NCBI GenBank assembly: GCA_001949185.1
Contig: BDGG01000011.1
Span: forward strand, 1,352,518-1,411,594
Direction: 5' to 3'
DNA: 59,077 nt
Source of the DNA: Ramazzottius varieornatus
Taxonomy: Eukaryota > Animalia > Tardigrada
Shown here: positions 13,441-31,723 of the stretch, piece by piece
How the letters are laid out: each line of letters opens with the position of its first letter
How positions within the stretch are numbered: the stretch's first letter is position 1
The notes under the pieces: model-generated
Database searches by the model: none
Seen by the model: only the letters and a program-made list of their open reading frames with translations
What the model was told of the DNA's origin: nothing
Program-made: the position numbers and the translations under genes

Positions 13441-14638
13441 TGCAGACAAAATAATCGTTCTTTCTGGAACCAGATGCAATTTGATCATTTCACAATCTTC
13501 GAAACTGATGAATTTAATAACAGTACGAGGAGCAAAGTCTTACTTTGCTCAGCGTACAAATTTGCTCGCCATACGTCACGAGCTATGCGCAGGCTTCTTA
13601 TGCTTTGTGACGTAGGCGAGCAAAGTTACACGCTGAGCAAGGTAAGCCCTCGCTCCTCGTAATAACTGTCAATACAGTCAGTACTGTCAATATAGTGTCG
13701 GAAATGCAGGCCTTCACGTCCTTCCATTTGAGCTTTTTCTTCAGTTTCCAGTTGGAAGTACCGATTATAAAACCGCCCTCCCGGCTGGAAGAGCGGAAGG
13801 GCGAAATAGTAATAATAATAATAATAATATTGATAACAGTAATCAAAAACTGAGAATGATTTGGTTTTGCGGTCGGTTCTGTGAGAGCGTTCTGACCCGC
13901 CATCAGTATGTGAGTGGATGCCAGTAGAAAACAGACACCTGGCTGGCTACTAGCTAGTGGTCTTGACCACTGGAACGGCCGGGCGAGCGCACTGACGCAG
14001 TGAAATTTGCGATAAGTGGATAAGTGGGTCTAGTACATCGGCTCGTTCAACTGGCGCACTATTTTTCAGAAGGGTGTGTGCGACAAAACCATGACCGGAC
14101 ATTTTGATCAGCATTGAAAACGTGACACTTAAAAGGGCCTCGCTTCGCTCGGCCGGATAAAGGCTAAAAAGTGAGGTTAGATTGAGCCATCATTGGGCAT
14201 TGGGCAGCGCTTGGAATCAGCTGTTTCCGGTCTGGATATAGCGAAAGGGCGAGGTGGAGGAGGTGTGGCAGCAAAACGTCTATTTCCTATTGCCATCAGA
14301 AAAGATCTTGTCCCAAATGACCTGCCAAGTGTCCGTTTTTTAATGGCACCCACTCATATGATACCTACAAGTGCGAGGCATCACGAGTAACCTTTAGCCC
14401 AGAATAACATGTTCAAAGAGGACGGAGACTGAACAGCAGCGAAGGTTGTCAACAGGAAACATGAAACTTCATACAATATCTTCAAAAACTAAGCTCTAAA
14501 TATCCAGAGACATACTTCATCGCTCACGTTGCTTCACGAACATCATTTTAATTACAAGCAAGAAGAAGTAAGAGCGCACTGCCATACAAATGACGAATAC
14601 TTCTTTATGCAGGAAACCTCGATAATGTCTTCGACACT

Positions 14639-15617
14639 TCAACCAAACACTCGAACGCAGTCTTCGATGACGGATTGGCAGTACGGACACGTCGCAATTT
14701 CCGGCTTGTCGACAATCAGCTGTATGCAGCGTGCGCAGGACTTTGTATGTCCACAAGGAACGATGACCACAATCGGATTGTTTGTACAGCACACAACGCA
14801 TTCAACATCCGGCAGACTCCGTACGTTTTCTCGCGGGAGATCCAGGCCACGTGCGGCAACACGTTGTCGTTCTTTTAGTTTCTGCATTATTTGGACCTCC
14901 AAATCATCGATTTCCTGTTGTATCTGGATCTGGTTGTGTTGTTCAGTTCGGAGCTCATTGATCAAAGCCTGCAGTTTGTCACGCTGAAGGTCGGTGGCTC
15001 GAATTAAGACACCTATGGCGATCAGGCACAAAATCTGCCAACAAACGCAAATATTTACTCATCCTGCACGTTCGTCAGAAAAAGAAACAAGGGGCAAGCT
15101 GTAGTCATCGACCAATACTACGCAATGTCGGTGCCACTTCCACACTGCTGATCACGAACTGCCGACTTACCATGCATGCTGTTTTGTAGAAGGTGTCAGA
15201 ATTCCAAAAAAAAGCAAAGACAACGACAGCGACGACACCTCCGACAATCATTCCTTTGGTGGTGAAGAACATTATTACTTGTGAAGAGCAGCAGAAAGAA
15301 TTCGGGATCACATCCAGCAGTTTCGTCAGTAACTGTAAGCAAGGACGTGCTTCCCAAGTTAACCGCGAAATCTCACATGCACAGCTGCTCAGCACACTTT
15401 TGCCGATAGTCCATACGGTGCTCGGAAAACCCGAAGGGTTGAGATTTTGTTGAGAGCAAAGACGGAACGAGATCTCGAAACATACGTAGATCAAGAAAAT
15501 GTTTTTCTCAATCAACGATCTAATTGCCGCACGTAAACAAAAGCATAGTAAAAATGGGAGTTGAAGTCTTTGCGGCCATTGGTCGATTGTTTCTGAAAGG
15601 AGACTCCTCACTGCCAA
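14639..15617 (-). CDS. TM / coiled-coil / C-terminal RING E3 ligase-like protein, copy B
   Basis: Intron 15035-15170 joins MIVGGVVAVVVFAFFW...ACM to ILCLIAIGVLI, then a Q/E/L coiled coil and CVVC..PCGHTKSCARC..CPYC..CVRVFG*. The start codon is uncertain. Confidence 0.75.
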
Positions 15618-15708
15618 CGTTGGAAAGGAAAACAGAGAACGAGGGCGGTCTTGACTGACCGTAGTCCCGCCTGTCTAGCGCGCGCTGGCGCACTTCATCT
15701 GCCGTGAT

Positions 15709-16636
15709 CAGTGGCGGCCCTACAAAATATTTTCCCAGTAAAGACAGATGTCGCCCACATGTACGACCTGTGAATGACGTAATTTTTGAGTACAGGTAAA
15801 ATCTGATGACGCAACCTTCCAAAAGTTCCAGTTTTGAAACCTGGCCTTTATTTGAAAAGTTCATGCACCGCACACTCACAACACGCAAAATAATTCTTTT
15901 TTTGTGGGAGGAAGTACGCAGACAAGAAACCCCCCGAAAAGAAACCGACCCAGAGGTCTCTGCATTCGGACATCACAATGAACTCATTGAGAGAACTATA
16001 TACAGGCGAAAAGTGTGGGAAAAAACACGTAAACACTGGAAGATTAGTCTGATTAAGCTTCAGGTAAAAAAGCACCAATATCAGCAACATTAAAAGACTC
16101 CATGTCGTCTGCCAGTTCTTCGTTGGTCGAAATGACGCACTGGCCGGTTTCTAAGTCGTTCAGATGAACGTTAGAGCCTGTCGAGGCTGCGGGAGTCTGA
16201 ACGGTCTCATCGGGAGAACCACTCTTATACCATTCGACGATAGTTTTGTGGTCTATGACCATGTCTCGGTACAGGTGTACCAATGTCACCCAGTTTAGCC
16301 GGGAGTTCAACATGGAACTACGAAGATACGTTTTTTCTCGCTTCAGTACAGAAAAGCTTCTTTCTGCTGAGGCGGAAGTTGCGGGGATAGTAGCCAAAAT
16401 GTGTAACAAGCTCTTGATTAATGGAACAGTTTTCTCTGGTCAGTGCTTTCGTGGAACATGACGCATTAGTTGTCGGCATCCGCCGATATCGTTCCAAATC
16501 AAATTTGAAAAAATAATTTTTCGCACCTGGTTACGTCATCATACTTCTGGTCCACTGAAATTTACGTCATCGACAGATCATACTTTTTCAGTAGTAGGTG
16601 TCCTTACTGGCAAATTTATTAGACGGGCCGCCGCTG
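15709..16636 (-). mobile_element. Internally deleted hAT element, 928 bp
   Basis: TIRs CAGTGGCGGCCC and GGGCCGCCGCTG; perfect 8-bp TSD GCCGTGAT (15701-15708 and 16637-16644); internal LATIPATSASAERSFSVLKREKTYLRSSM dimerisation domain. Confidence 0.92.
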
Positions 16637-17303
16637 GCCGTGATACACCGGAAACAGCTGTTTCTAACTTCGTCCGATCAGCGTGTCGGGAAATAGACTT
16701 ACAGATCCTATGCAGCACAGCACCGGTCGCAGTTACGCTGATAGCTACAAGGACTGCTTTGTCGAGGTTCTGCAGCATTTGGTCGATGTTGATGGCTTCT
16801 TTGGGCGGGCGTCTCACCAACCACACCCAGCCTGTTTTCCCAAGTGGCGTATTTTGTCAGTGAGGTTGGCTGGGAGAGTGTGCCACTTGGAAAACACGGA
16901 ATGATGGTTTTCCAAAATGGCGCACGTTTTCGATATTGTTTGCTCTAAGTGTACGCGACTTGAAGAGAAGATCCGGTCGAGTTTGTACGCTTTGGTTCCG
17001 GTGGGATTCTTCTTGACTTACTACTCGTTTATACTGCATAGCGTTTATAGCTTTGCGAGAGCGCCTACCACGCGAAGTACTGAGCCCGCGGAAGCACATG
17101 CGAGACGGGTCGCTGGAAAGTGAGTCCCGTTCGACATTGCGGAGAGAGCCGGAAGGACGTCAGCATGAAAAGGAAGCCAGACGACAAGTGGTCTCGCCCA
17201 AGAACACAGGTCGTCGGGGCCGGTCACTTTCACAGTCCGACATTTGCGGTATTCGTAACACCAGTGATTACGACTCGGAGGCCGAGCTGCAACAGAGCGG
17301 CAC

Positions 17304-17765
17304 CAGTACACGCGCGACGAGATATTGTGGGCCAGTAAAAATTGTGGGCCAGGCGGAAGAGACGGCAAATTCACATTTTGTATGGAAGTCAGAAACAGAA
17401 GTCGCACAAATGACGTATCGTAATAAAATTCAACCGTAGAAAATTGTCATGAACAGTGGCCATCAGCTGATCAGCTGTTTTACTTTAACGCTTCTACGCT
17501 GCTGTCGACTTTCTCCCGGAGGCCGGAGAAGCCTTGGAATAGTTTGAACTGTTGAAGGTGTAATGAAGATCTGACTGCTATAACATTAATATGACAAGCT
17601 TTAGCTCCTCGGCCCAATATCCAGCACGCACGTACAGGCGGTACAGCAGTGCAGTCTTCGATGTGGTTTTTACTTGAAGCAAAAATCACCTGCCCAAGCC
17701 GCTGTAGCGAAAAGGCCTGGCCCACAATTTTTACTGGTCCACGATATCTCGTCGTGCGTGTAGTG
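17304..17765. mobile_element. Non-autonomous CACTA/EnSpm-like element
   Basis: About 50-bp TIRs CAGTACACGCGCGACGAGATATTGTGGGCCAGTAAAAATTGTGGGCCAGGC and its reverse complement ending GTGTAGTG; 2-bp TSD AC. Confidence 0.75.
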
Positions 17766-17807
17766 ACAACAGCTGCACTTATTCCCAACTCTACACCGGG
17801 TAGCGGG

Positions 17808-17948
17808 TTTTTTCCTACGAGCTACCTCCCTTTCAAGGCCGTGTCCGGCACAGAAATGACAGCTGGGTGAATGCCGCCATTTTTCTATGAGACTGCTTGT
17901 CAGTCTGTGTGCCGGGCACGGCCTTGATAGGCCACCAGCGTAGAAAAA
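17808..17948. repeat. Short imperfect inverted repeat (MITE-like)
   Basis: tcaaggccgtgtccggcacag ... tgtgccgggcacggccttga with outer ttttcctacg / cgtagaaaaa. Confidence 0.5.
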
Positions 17949-18798
17949 GGGCGTAAACTAACTCACTGCACTGGATTCTCGAGTGTGAGGCCACGAGGTG
18001 ACTTAACGGTATGTTTGTTGTAGGAACGAATGTGCAACGAGGCAGCTGCGACCCAGACTTCATCAAAGTGCAAGTGGACTCTGAAATGGGTCGTGGTGGG
18101 TTGATGGGCAGACGCCGTTCTGACTCACGCTCTTCTGGCTCTAACGGCTGTTCAGACATGGGTGGCTCAACATGAATCAAGTCAGGCGTTCCACTGAGTG
18201 TGTCATCCACAGGCGGACCAGGTATCTGTCACCTCGTGACTATCATTGTCAAGTTTTCGGCCACTGACAGTACGTGCACGGCTTCCGGCAACAATCTCAC
18301 AGTTCCTTCTCCTCTGACTCCGGCAAGAACTTTCCCGCGACCTCTTTTCCACGCCCAACATCGGCCGGCTCGCCTCACGTATTTTTTCCTCGCTGTTGCT
18401 TCCTCTAGTTCTCTTTGCTGATTTCCCTACGGATTGAGTTTAGCGTCTTGTCTTTTTTCTCCGTACCAGTGACCAGTCTGTATGTAGTTTTCGACTTTTA
18501 ATATCGTCAAGGTTGATTAGTGACCTCTGCTACAAGGTGCTTTCGGTCTGCACAACCGGGTCATCAAAATGAAAGTTTATCAAGGCCACCAACGTCTGCT
18601 TATCCTCCAGAGACAGCTTGCCACGCCACCGAGAACGAAACGGTCAACTACTTCAACATGGGTTCGCGCAAAGGATGGTTCAACTAAAATAGCACTGTGG
18701 CGACATCTACCATTTGACGGCCCGTGACAGTCTTGACCTTTTGTTTCACAAGACAGCAATAGGAGTCATGGGTTCCAAACGTGTTTACAGGCGATACA

Positions 18799-19770
18799 CT
18801 AATAATACACTCGAAGCCATTTTTCAGTTGGAACACTACAATATGGACATGTTTTCTGGTCGCTACTGTGAAGCCTAAGTATGCAAGCACGACAGACATG
18901 AATATGGCCACATGGAATCAGAACGACCATCTCACTGTTTGACAGACAGACCAAGCACTGAATCTCATTCTGCGGAACAGCTTCGACTCTTTCCTCGTTT
19001 CGTTTCACGGTTGGACAGGTGCATCCGTTTTTCGCAACAATCTTGACTCTCATATCCAACAGCCATCCGTACGACTTGAAGAAACGACGTATTCTGTACC
19101 GAAGTTCCAGGGAAAATTCCTATAAAGAAGATCAAAGGGGTCGTTTAGACTGCGCAGATGCGGACCGGGGGACAAGCTATTACTCAACTACTGTAGTGGT
19201 ATTTAGGTAGGTGTACTGTACCGTCATCGCATCGCATAGCTCTTCGAACTGCTCGGGCTTGTTTACAAACCAAAGAAGAAACAGATGTACGCACAGTAGG
19301 GACGGTAAGCACAAATAATCCCAGTAGTGTACATGTTCGGGCCCCATGATCCAGCAAAAAGTCATCACTAAACCCAAACCGGCTGTCGAAAACCACGATT
19401 CAAGATACATAGTAGGAGCGATCTGCCTACCGATCCGTATCGATATACTGTACGAGCCCAAAAAAAGAACCAGATCCTGGGATTTGTATCACGACACTTA
19501 ATGTAAAGATATGGCACTGACAGTGCATGCACGAAGGCGAACGATATCTTACTCCACCATCGAGCATTTGATAGTTGCTTCCGAGCTTCTGTGGGTATTC
19601 AGCTGCCTGGCTTGCTTCACCTTCAGCTTTTCGAGACAATGGTAATTTTACCAGAACAAGTCTCAGCTTCTCTAAGATTCACTGCGAAGGGAGCGAGAGC
19701 CAAGTGACGCAAAGACATTTCACGACAATTAAACAAAAGGCTATAGAATGCAGCACGCAGTCTGCATACA
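18799..19770 (-). CDS. Multi-TM protein with C-terminal RING, copy C (paralog of copy A)
   Basis: The 86-aa RING ORF is identical in translation to 12495-12755; the TM exon is nearly identical; the 5' region is diverged and its boundary approximate. Confidence 0.7.
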
Positions 19771-19817
19771 AAACTATTGTACTCTCTGAAACCAGATGCG
19801 ACAAGGGTAGTGTCAAA

Positions 19818-20009
19818 TAGAAACCCTAAGTCATACAAAATCTTGTATGGAAAAAAAAGCTGCATCGGATTTGAGAATGCAGCAAAAAGCCGCACACAGT
19901 AAAGTTGGCAAAAAAACTGAATCTTAGGTTTTCCGTAAAAACCCAGGGGCGAAAACACAAAAATTCGTTCCCTAAACATTTGGAAAATTCTCATGATTTA
20001 GAATTTCTA
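19818..20009. mobile_element. Small MITE-like insertion
   Basis: Termini tagaaaccctaagtcat and atgatttagaatttcta; not seen in the paralogous region near 13480. Confidence 0.4.
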
Positions 20010-21369
20010 TTTTGCAGTACCCACATATTATTATATGGTAATAATATCATGTTTCACAATCTTCGAAAAGAAAAATAATAATAGTAACAGTGATAATAGA
20101 AATAATAATTATGATATGGAAAATTGTGATCGAAAAATGAGATACGAAATGATTTGGTTTTGCGCTTGGGTCTACTGAAGCATTCTGACCCGCCAAGTTG
20201 CAGCAATGTTGCAGCATGTTGCAGCAATAGCCAAGTGTATAATTACTTAGAGGTACCTGCATATGAGAATACGTCCGAAGTGTTTTCTTTCCGAACCAGC
20301 CTTTCATGACATCATCAGGGTCTTCGAAATATTGAACTGTACCTAATTTGCGCACCTTACCGCGGTAACGAGGTCACAATGAATGCCAAAAAGATTTGGA
20401 ATTACTGCGGAAAACACAAGGGTGCTCGGTTCCAGTCTTGGCATTACTCACTAGTCACTACCGTGGGTGGAAAATCAGGCGGCAAGTAGCCGGTATCAGC
20501 ACCCTCTACAGGCAATGGAGAACTTGCGGCGTTCCATGCTGCAGAAGACGCGCATCAGCAAGCACTTCCGATGCACGTTATTTCCATAGTCTCGATATTT
20601 GATAAGCTGATTGGAACGACAGCATACAGCTTTCATTTGCCGTCTAAAACCGCGTTGCACTGTGTAATTTTTCACTTGGAGACAAAAGTTGATTCTGATT
20701 TCAGTATTTTCAGATTCATATTTCTCGGGGTCAGTTTGATGTACGAGGAAGTCCCCTAGGGGCGTAAAAGCTTTGAAATGTGCTCGCGAATGATTTGGTC
20801 AGACATCCTTGGGATACGCAGATGCCCACATAATCATACCATTCACCTTCAAAAACTCGCGCATGCTAGCGTTCTGTCCCGTGGCGTGGGATGTTGTGTA
20901 GTAGGTGGTATAACAAACACGATTTTTTCATTCCACTACCCGGACGGAAGGCGTTCAGGGCAGAGTAGCCAAACCGAGCCATGTAGGCTACTACAACGGC
21001 AGCAATAGCGTTGCAAAGGTTACGAACATTTAACTGAGCCGGGACTTTAGACTACTTCCTGCTTTGTTTTGATGCAGTTCGTCTCAAGGCAAAACAGAAC
21101 GTCAGCAAAGTACTCATCACTAATTTACAGACTTTCGGTGAAAACGGAACCAGCTTTTTTCTAGTGAGCAGGATATGACCCTTCGCATGCCGTGTTGCAG
21201 TACGAATAGTTTTCGATCGTAAGGTTCAATACAATAAAAATGTTGTGTTACCAATCGTAACGCAAAGTATTAGACACCAGCTGACTTTGTGGAACTGGAT
21301 GCAACAGGATAATTTCATAATTTCTAAACTCGCACAAAGAAAATTAAACTCCAAGGAAAGAAAATTGCG

Positions 21370-22240
21370 CTACGTGCGCTCGTTTTGCAAATACATTTTC
21401 ACACAACGTTCTACTTTGGTGTGACAGACGGGGCATTTCCTAAACTGTTTTCGCGCCTTTCCGCAGTTTTCGCAAACTATCACGTGACCACACGGTGTGA
21501 CAAGGATGTCGGCGCTTCCGGTGTGACAATACACACAACCACCCACAACTCTTCCTCGTCTTCCAGATGTTTTCTCTACCAAGATCTTGCTATCTCGAAG
21601 CGCCGGCATCGAAAGCTTAATCCGGAGACCATCTTTCCTAATAGTGAGTTTCGCTGTAGCCGATCGAGCTTCGTGAAGCTTGGTTCTTGTCAGCGTCATG
21701 ACGTCACCTTGAAAATAGGAGTGATCGACAACAAACCACAGCGCACAAACCAGCGGAACCTGCAAAGCAGACGAGATACAGACGCATGCAGTCTCCACAT
21801 ACGGACCAGGTTGAAACTCAATCCTGGTACCATAAGACATGAATAAGGATACGACGGGCAAGCCATGAGATAAGCAGGAATGGTTTTCCCTCCTTCCATG
21901 ACATTTTTCCACACGTCCCGAGTATTATCTCCGAAGCCCTCAGTTCGATCCATCGTTGAATCCAGTCGTCAATCTGGAAATAAACAGACAGACAAGTATT
22001 ACAACTCCAGGTGATGCCACATCGACATTCAAATCGCCCATAGCAAACGGACATGCAGCAGAAGTCCAAAACACTGACCCGGAAATCGCTTCGATCGTGC
22101 AGTAGAACGTGTATTTGCACAAAAGATATGCGCCAATCAAGGGCAAGACAAGCGTAGAGGACACTGCTAATGAGGGCAAACAGCTGACTGCATCAGAGAT
22201 GGCAACAGAAACCTTTCCTCACCTGCCAAGATATTCCCGA
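21370..22240 (-). CDS. Multi-TM protein with C-terminal RING, copy D (divergent; 5' exons in several frames)
   Basis: CVYC..PCGHVIVCENC..CPVC..CVKMY; upstream hydrophobic segments QVPLVCALWFVV and LVLPLIGAYLLC. Confidence 0.65.
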
Positions 22241-23333
22241 AGGCTGCTAGGACGGGAAACTAACTGTGAGGATTGGAAGTAGAGACTTGAGAATCGGAAG
22301 AAATGTCGGGTTGCAGGCTGCCCGATCAATGGCGCAGCTGGCGTCACTGCCAATCCACTTCCGGGTCCGAACTGGGATGAATGCTCGGCGGCCGCACTTC
22401 CACTACATAAATCCTAGCTTCGTAAAAGTAAAGCCAAGACACAGGGATACGGTATTAGATTTGGGGAGCACTGAAACCACTGGAAGACATGATATCAGAC
22501 ACGGAGGCCAGTTTATCTTTCTCGAGACTCTCAAACACGGTAATGACAACAGGTAGTGAACGGATGACGTGAAGTATCCGTAGATTACGATCAACAGCGC
22601 GCCACACAGTCCTGTGTTCTGTAAAGTAGGCAGCTTCTGGCAGTAGGCGGAGATTCGACGCCAACTGCTTGTTGTTCCCCTTTCGTTGTTTTGTAACTGT
22701 TTCCGTGCATGAAGTACTACAGTATTCCTGTAACTGGACTACCCGTCATCCCACGTGCGCTACTGCCGTTTCTGTCGAGGTACATATGTACTTGGCAGTA
22801 CGTAGGTTTGTGTTCAACTTTCTGTCTTGCATTTCTGTCATAAGATCCAGCAATTCTCCATCCTTGCTGACCTTGTGCACTCTACAAACCTCCTACTGGG
22901 GCACCCGTGCTACGTTCACGTTTACGATCACTCCCGGAAAACAACCTGAACTTACGGCCACGGCACAAGTTTGCACCATTTCGCTGTGGAAGTTTATGGC
23001 CGAGAATTCGGATTTGGTGACCATCCGTTCGCTTTCAGTTGTCGCTTCGGAAAGGTTTTCAAAGACACCGACGAGTCAAGTAAACCTTTATATCGCCAAG
23101 TACGTATGTAACCGTCGTTTGACATCTTGGTACCATAAAATAACTGCGACCGGCATATCCGCAAATCGAAAAAGCTCAATGGACATGAATCAAACCTGCA
23201 GGACACTGCGAAAAGCCGAAAGAAGCAGCATTTGTGAGACTTTGAAGAAAAGTTTGCCCCAATATTCAAAGAACATCACCGAAATCTGATTTTGTATGCA
23301 CAGAAAAGAATAAGAATGTCAAGAAAACAAGCA

Positions 23334-28356
<5,023 letters not shown>

Positions 28357-29195
28357 CTTCCTGTAGTAAGGTTTGATCTACCGGAATCTTGAGACAGGAG
28401 AAATATCACAGGGAAGACGGGTGAAGTTACACATAAAAAATATGTGCACGACCGAATCAATCAGTAATCAAACGAAGGCCTCATGGGCAAACTTCCGCTC
28501 CGATTCACGATCGATATTCATGCTGCCAGTGCTCCTCTCTCTTCTGAAAACAACAGCCAAATTACATAAGATATCCGCGAACACTGACACATCTTATGTT
28601 TCTGTAAATTAGGAATTACAAAGGATTACAAGATTAAACAGGCTAACCATCGTGTCAGGCTGTTATCTATCCCTAAAAATGTTTCAAAAAATCTGTCCGT
28701 ACCTTTTCTGTTCAACCTCAGTTCCTCCCACGGGCCGGACATGTCTCCCATAGATCCAACCTTCGGAGAAGAAAAGGTGTAGAAGCAACGGAGAAACACG
28801 GAGAAATTCGGGAACAGGTGGCGAAGAAAGATACATCCACGCGTGTTATGAGTGTGGTCCGGGGATGTTATCCGATGACGGTGCTAGTCTGTACGGTAGG
28901 GAGCGCGATTTTTACACCCTCGTCCAGGGCGTAATCTCCGGTACCGCCCACCTCTGTGTTCTTTCCCGAGAAGATGTACGTACACGAACGGACCCAGTCG
29001 ATCGATCCACGTGGTTGTCTGTAAAGAATACATGTCACCCACGCGAAAATGGGCTTCAGAATGGTTCCTGCATGGCTGCTTTCAAGTTAATATTTCTCCG
29101 CAGTCTGGAAGTTTTTCGCAATCTTCGTTCGTTTTCTCGAAGGGTAGTGTAGTCTTCTTCCCGACTTCGAGACATTCTTCTTTGCAGGCAGAACC
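28357..29195. promoter_or_regulatory. Probable bidirectional promoter and 5' UTR region between WWP1-like and NOB1
   Basis: Divergent gene starts about 0.84 kb apart; positional inference only. Confidence 0.4.
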
Positions 29196-31723
29196 ATGGA
29201 TCCTTTCAGGAGCCCGGAACTGCGAGTTGGACACCTGGTTGTGGACGCTGGAGGCTTCATCAAGCACGTGGAAATTCTGGTGAATATTTCTGTCCTCGCA
29301 TTGCCGTTCTTCGCTTCATTCTGCCTTTCTTCTGTAGAATCTAGGTGAAAAGATTTACACGCTACATGAAGTCGTCGCCGAAATCCGGGACAAAGTGACG
29401 AGAGAACGTCTCGCTGTCTTGCCATACGAGCTTCATTTCCGTGAACCGCCAGTCGAACTTATCCGAATGGGTAAATAATTTTGACGTCGGCGAACGATTT
29501 CACCCAGATGGTTATCAGAGGTGGCACACGTCTTCATTGTTGGTGGATGGTGGCATGCGCCGCTTGGAAAGACAATCTTGCCGAGTTCCCAAGTGACGCA
29601 CGTTCTTGTTATTGTTACCTGCCCGGGTGCGCCACTTGGGGAATCATCTGGGTGAATTCGTTTGCCGACGTTCCAGTTTTTGCGTCCCTTCCGTCATGCG
29701 TGCTGGTTCCATAGGGAAGATGGATCAAATCTTTCATATCGAAGCCGTACTGCTAGAATATCATGTGGGTTATAACTACCGCTCTTTCGACCACTGCGAA
29801 GAGTGGCTTTAAAACTGCACCACAGTCCGCAGTGCTTAAACTATTATTCGCTCACTTGATTGTTGATTTGTTCGTTGTGTTATCATCGTTTTATTTCCGC
29901 AGTGACGGAATTCGCCAAGAAGACTGGAGACTACGCCAGTCTATCTGCGACCGATATCAAAGTCATGGCTTTGACTTTACTGCTGGAACAGGAAAATGGA
30001 GGACTGGACCACATCCATTTGGAACCGTCCAAAATCAGAGTAAGGAATGAAATTCGAATTTAGTTTGATTTAGTATTTTATTAACACTTAGTTTGTTTTT
30101 CTTACTTTAGACGTTCGTCCATTCCGCTTCGTCTTCGGTTACTGCCGAGGCAGTTCGACAGTCGGGTAGCACGCCTGGATTCTTTCTTCCCAAAGCCGAT
30201 GAGAAGTCGCTCCAGTCATCGAGAAAGAACTCTGAAAGTGTGACGGTTGATTCGAGTCAGCCGATCAATGGAGTTGACGAAATCAATCAACGGCTGGCTC
30301 AGCTCGATACGGAAGCTGAGCCGCAAGCTGAGCCGGAAGCTACTCCGTTCTCAGATCCCGACGACTGGTCTTCTTCCGAAGAAGCGGATAACGGGCAGAT
30401 ACGTGACGAACAGCAACCCGATGAAAGACTGAGCGAAGGAGTGAAGGAAGAGACGGAAGAAAATAAGGACGGAGAAGCTCGTAAGAAAATTATGACAGGA
30501 AGAACGGAAAATATAAATTTGCAAGAAATTCGATCCGCGTGGGTTCAAAATTTTTTTGGCTTCTTTGAGAAGATGAAGATGACGATGACGTTGGGTGGAT
30601 AACACCGCAGAACGTTAAGTCAATCTACAAGAAGATGGGCATGGAGAAGGAAGCGCCGAGCAAAGAGTGCAAAGTGGCTTGTCTCACGACAGATTTCTCC
30701 GTCCAGGTAACCCTTGCGTAAACCTGTTGTTTTTGTGTTTGGTTTGTCAAGGAGAGGGAAAGAATTTCGTATTAGATGTAACTTGGTTTATAGAATGTGA
30801 TGATGCAAATGGGTATGCGAGTTATCGGTGTGGACGGTTTCCTCATCAAGTCGCTACGGTCTTACGTCTTTCGATGCTTCGCCTGTTTCAAGTAAGCTTC
30901 CTAAATATTCTGAAATAACCCGAGTTTATCTTCGGTAAAGTTTGGGTCGATGTTAAATGGTCTTTTTAGAGTAACGCACAATATGGCAAAGAAGTTTTGC
31001 CCGTCGTGTGGAAACTCCACTCTGAAGCGAGTCTGCATGACCGTGGATAAGAACGGCAAGCCAAAATACCACATATCCACTAAAAGACCAATAAATATCC
31101 GTGGAACAAAGGTAAGACGAGCGTGGGAGTTCGGCAAACAAACCCAGCCAGATCGTTCCTAAGTGGCGCGTGTTGTCAGTGTTGTCGGCTGGTAGCGTGT
31201 GCCACTTGCATAAATGGTCCTGCCGTGTGAGTGGCGCACGTTTTAAGTGTTGTTGGCTGGGTGCGTGCGCCATTCAATCTTGTCGAGCCTGTCAAGTGAC
31301 GCACTCTTCCAGCAATACTTGCTCGGAGAGTGCGCCACTCGCAGAATCGATTTGATCGAGTTCCTTTTTAAGGAACTTCTCAGCATATCATGTGGTGGCT
31401 TGTGAGTTCATTAAGTGATGAAGAACTTTTTTAAATTTTTTGTGTGCTTTTAGTTTTCGTTGCCGTTGCCGAAAGGAGGGAAACACGCAGTGAACCCTCT
31501 TTTGTGCGAAGACCAACCTCAGCCGCATTTCTGTGCCTCCAAGAAAGCTCTAGAAAAGTTGAATGTTTTTGACCCTGATTATGTTGCTCGAGACTCGCCT
31601 TTTCTACTGAATGATCTGACCAGTCGGGCTTCTCTGTTGGGTCGACGTGGACCTAGCAAGTTTTGTGAAACTCAACCGTGGATGACCAAGAACCCCAACG
31701 CCGCTAGGCGGCCACGAAAGTGA
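29196..31723 (+). CDS. NOB1: 20S/18S-E pre-rRNA endonuclease NOB1 (PIN domain plus zinc ribbon), spliced
   Basis: HLVVDAGGFIK; EVVAEIRD; EFAKKTGDYASLSATDIKVMALT; GWITPQN; CLTTDFSVQ; FCPSCGNSTLKRV; LPLPKGGKHA. Confidence 0.93.

Larger units (their letters stand above)
8770..13905. repeat. Copy 1 of a local direct duplication (copy 2 is about 18073-20195)
   Basis: 8773-8869 matches 18073-18168; 9308-9820 matches 18169-18681; 12378-13480 matches 18682-19800; weaker match 13850-13903 to 20140-20195. Confidence 0.9.

Noticed and set aside
13806-13840. (AAT)n tracts here and at about 20075-20115 giving poly-Ile ORFs
   Set aside because: Ordinary microsatellites within the duplicated block.
31161-31340. 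CRISPR-like repeat-spacer appearance of the palindrome arrays
   Set aside because: Spacers are diverged copies of one 25-bp consensus in either orientation, arrays have only 2-3 units, they lie in spliceosomal introns, and no cas genes are present.
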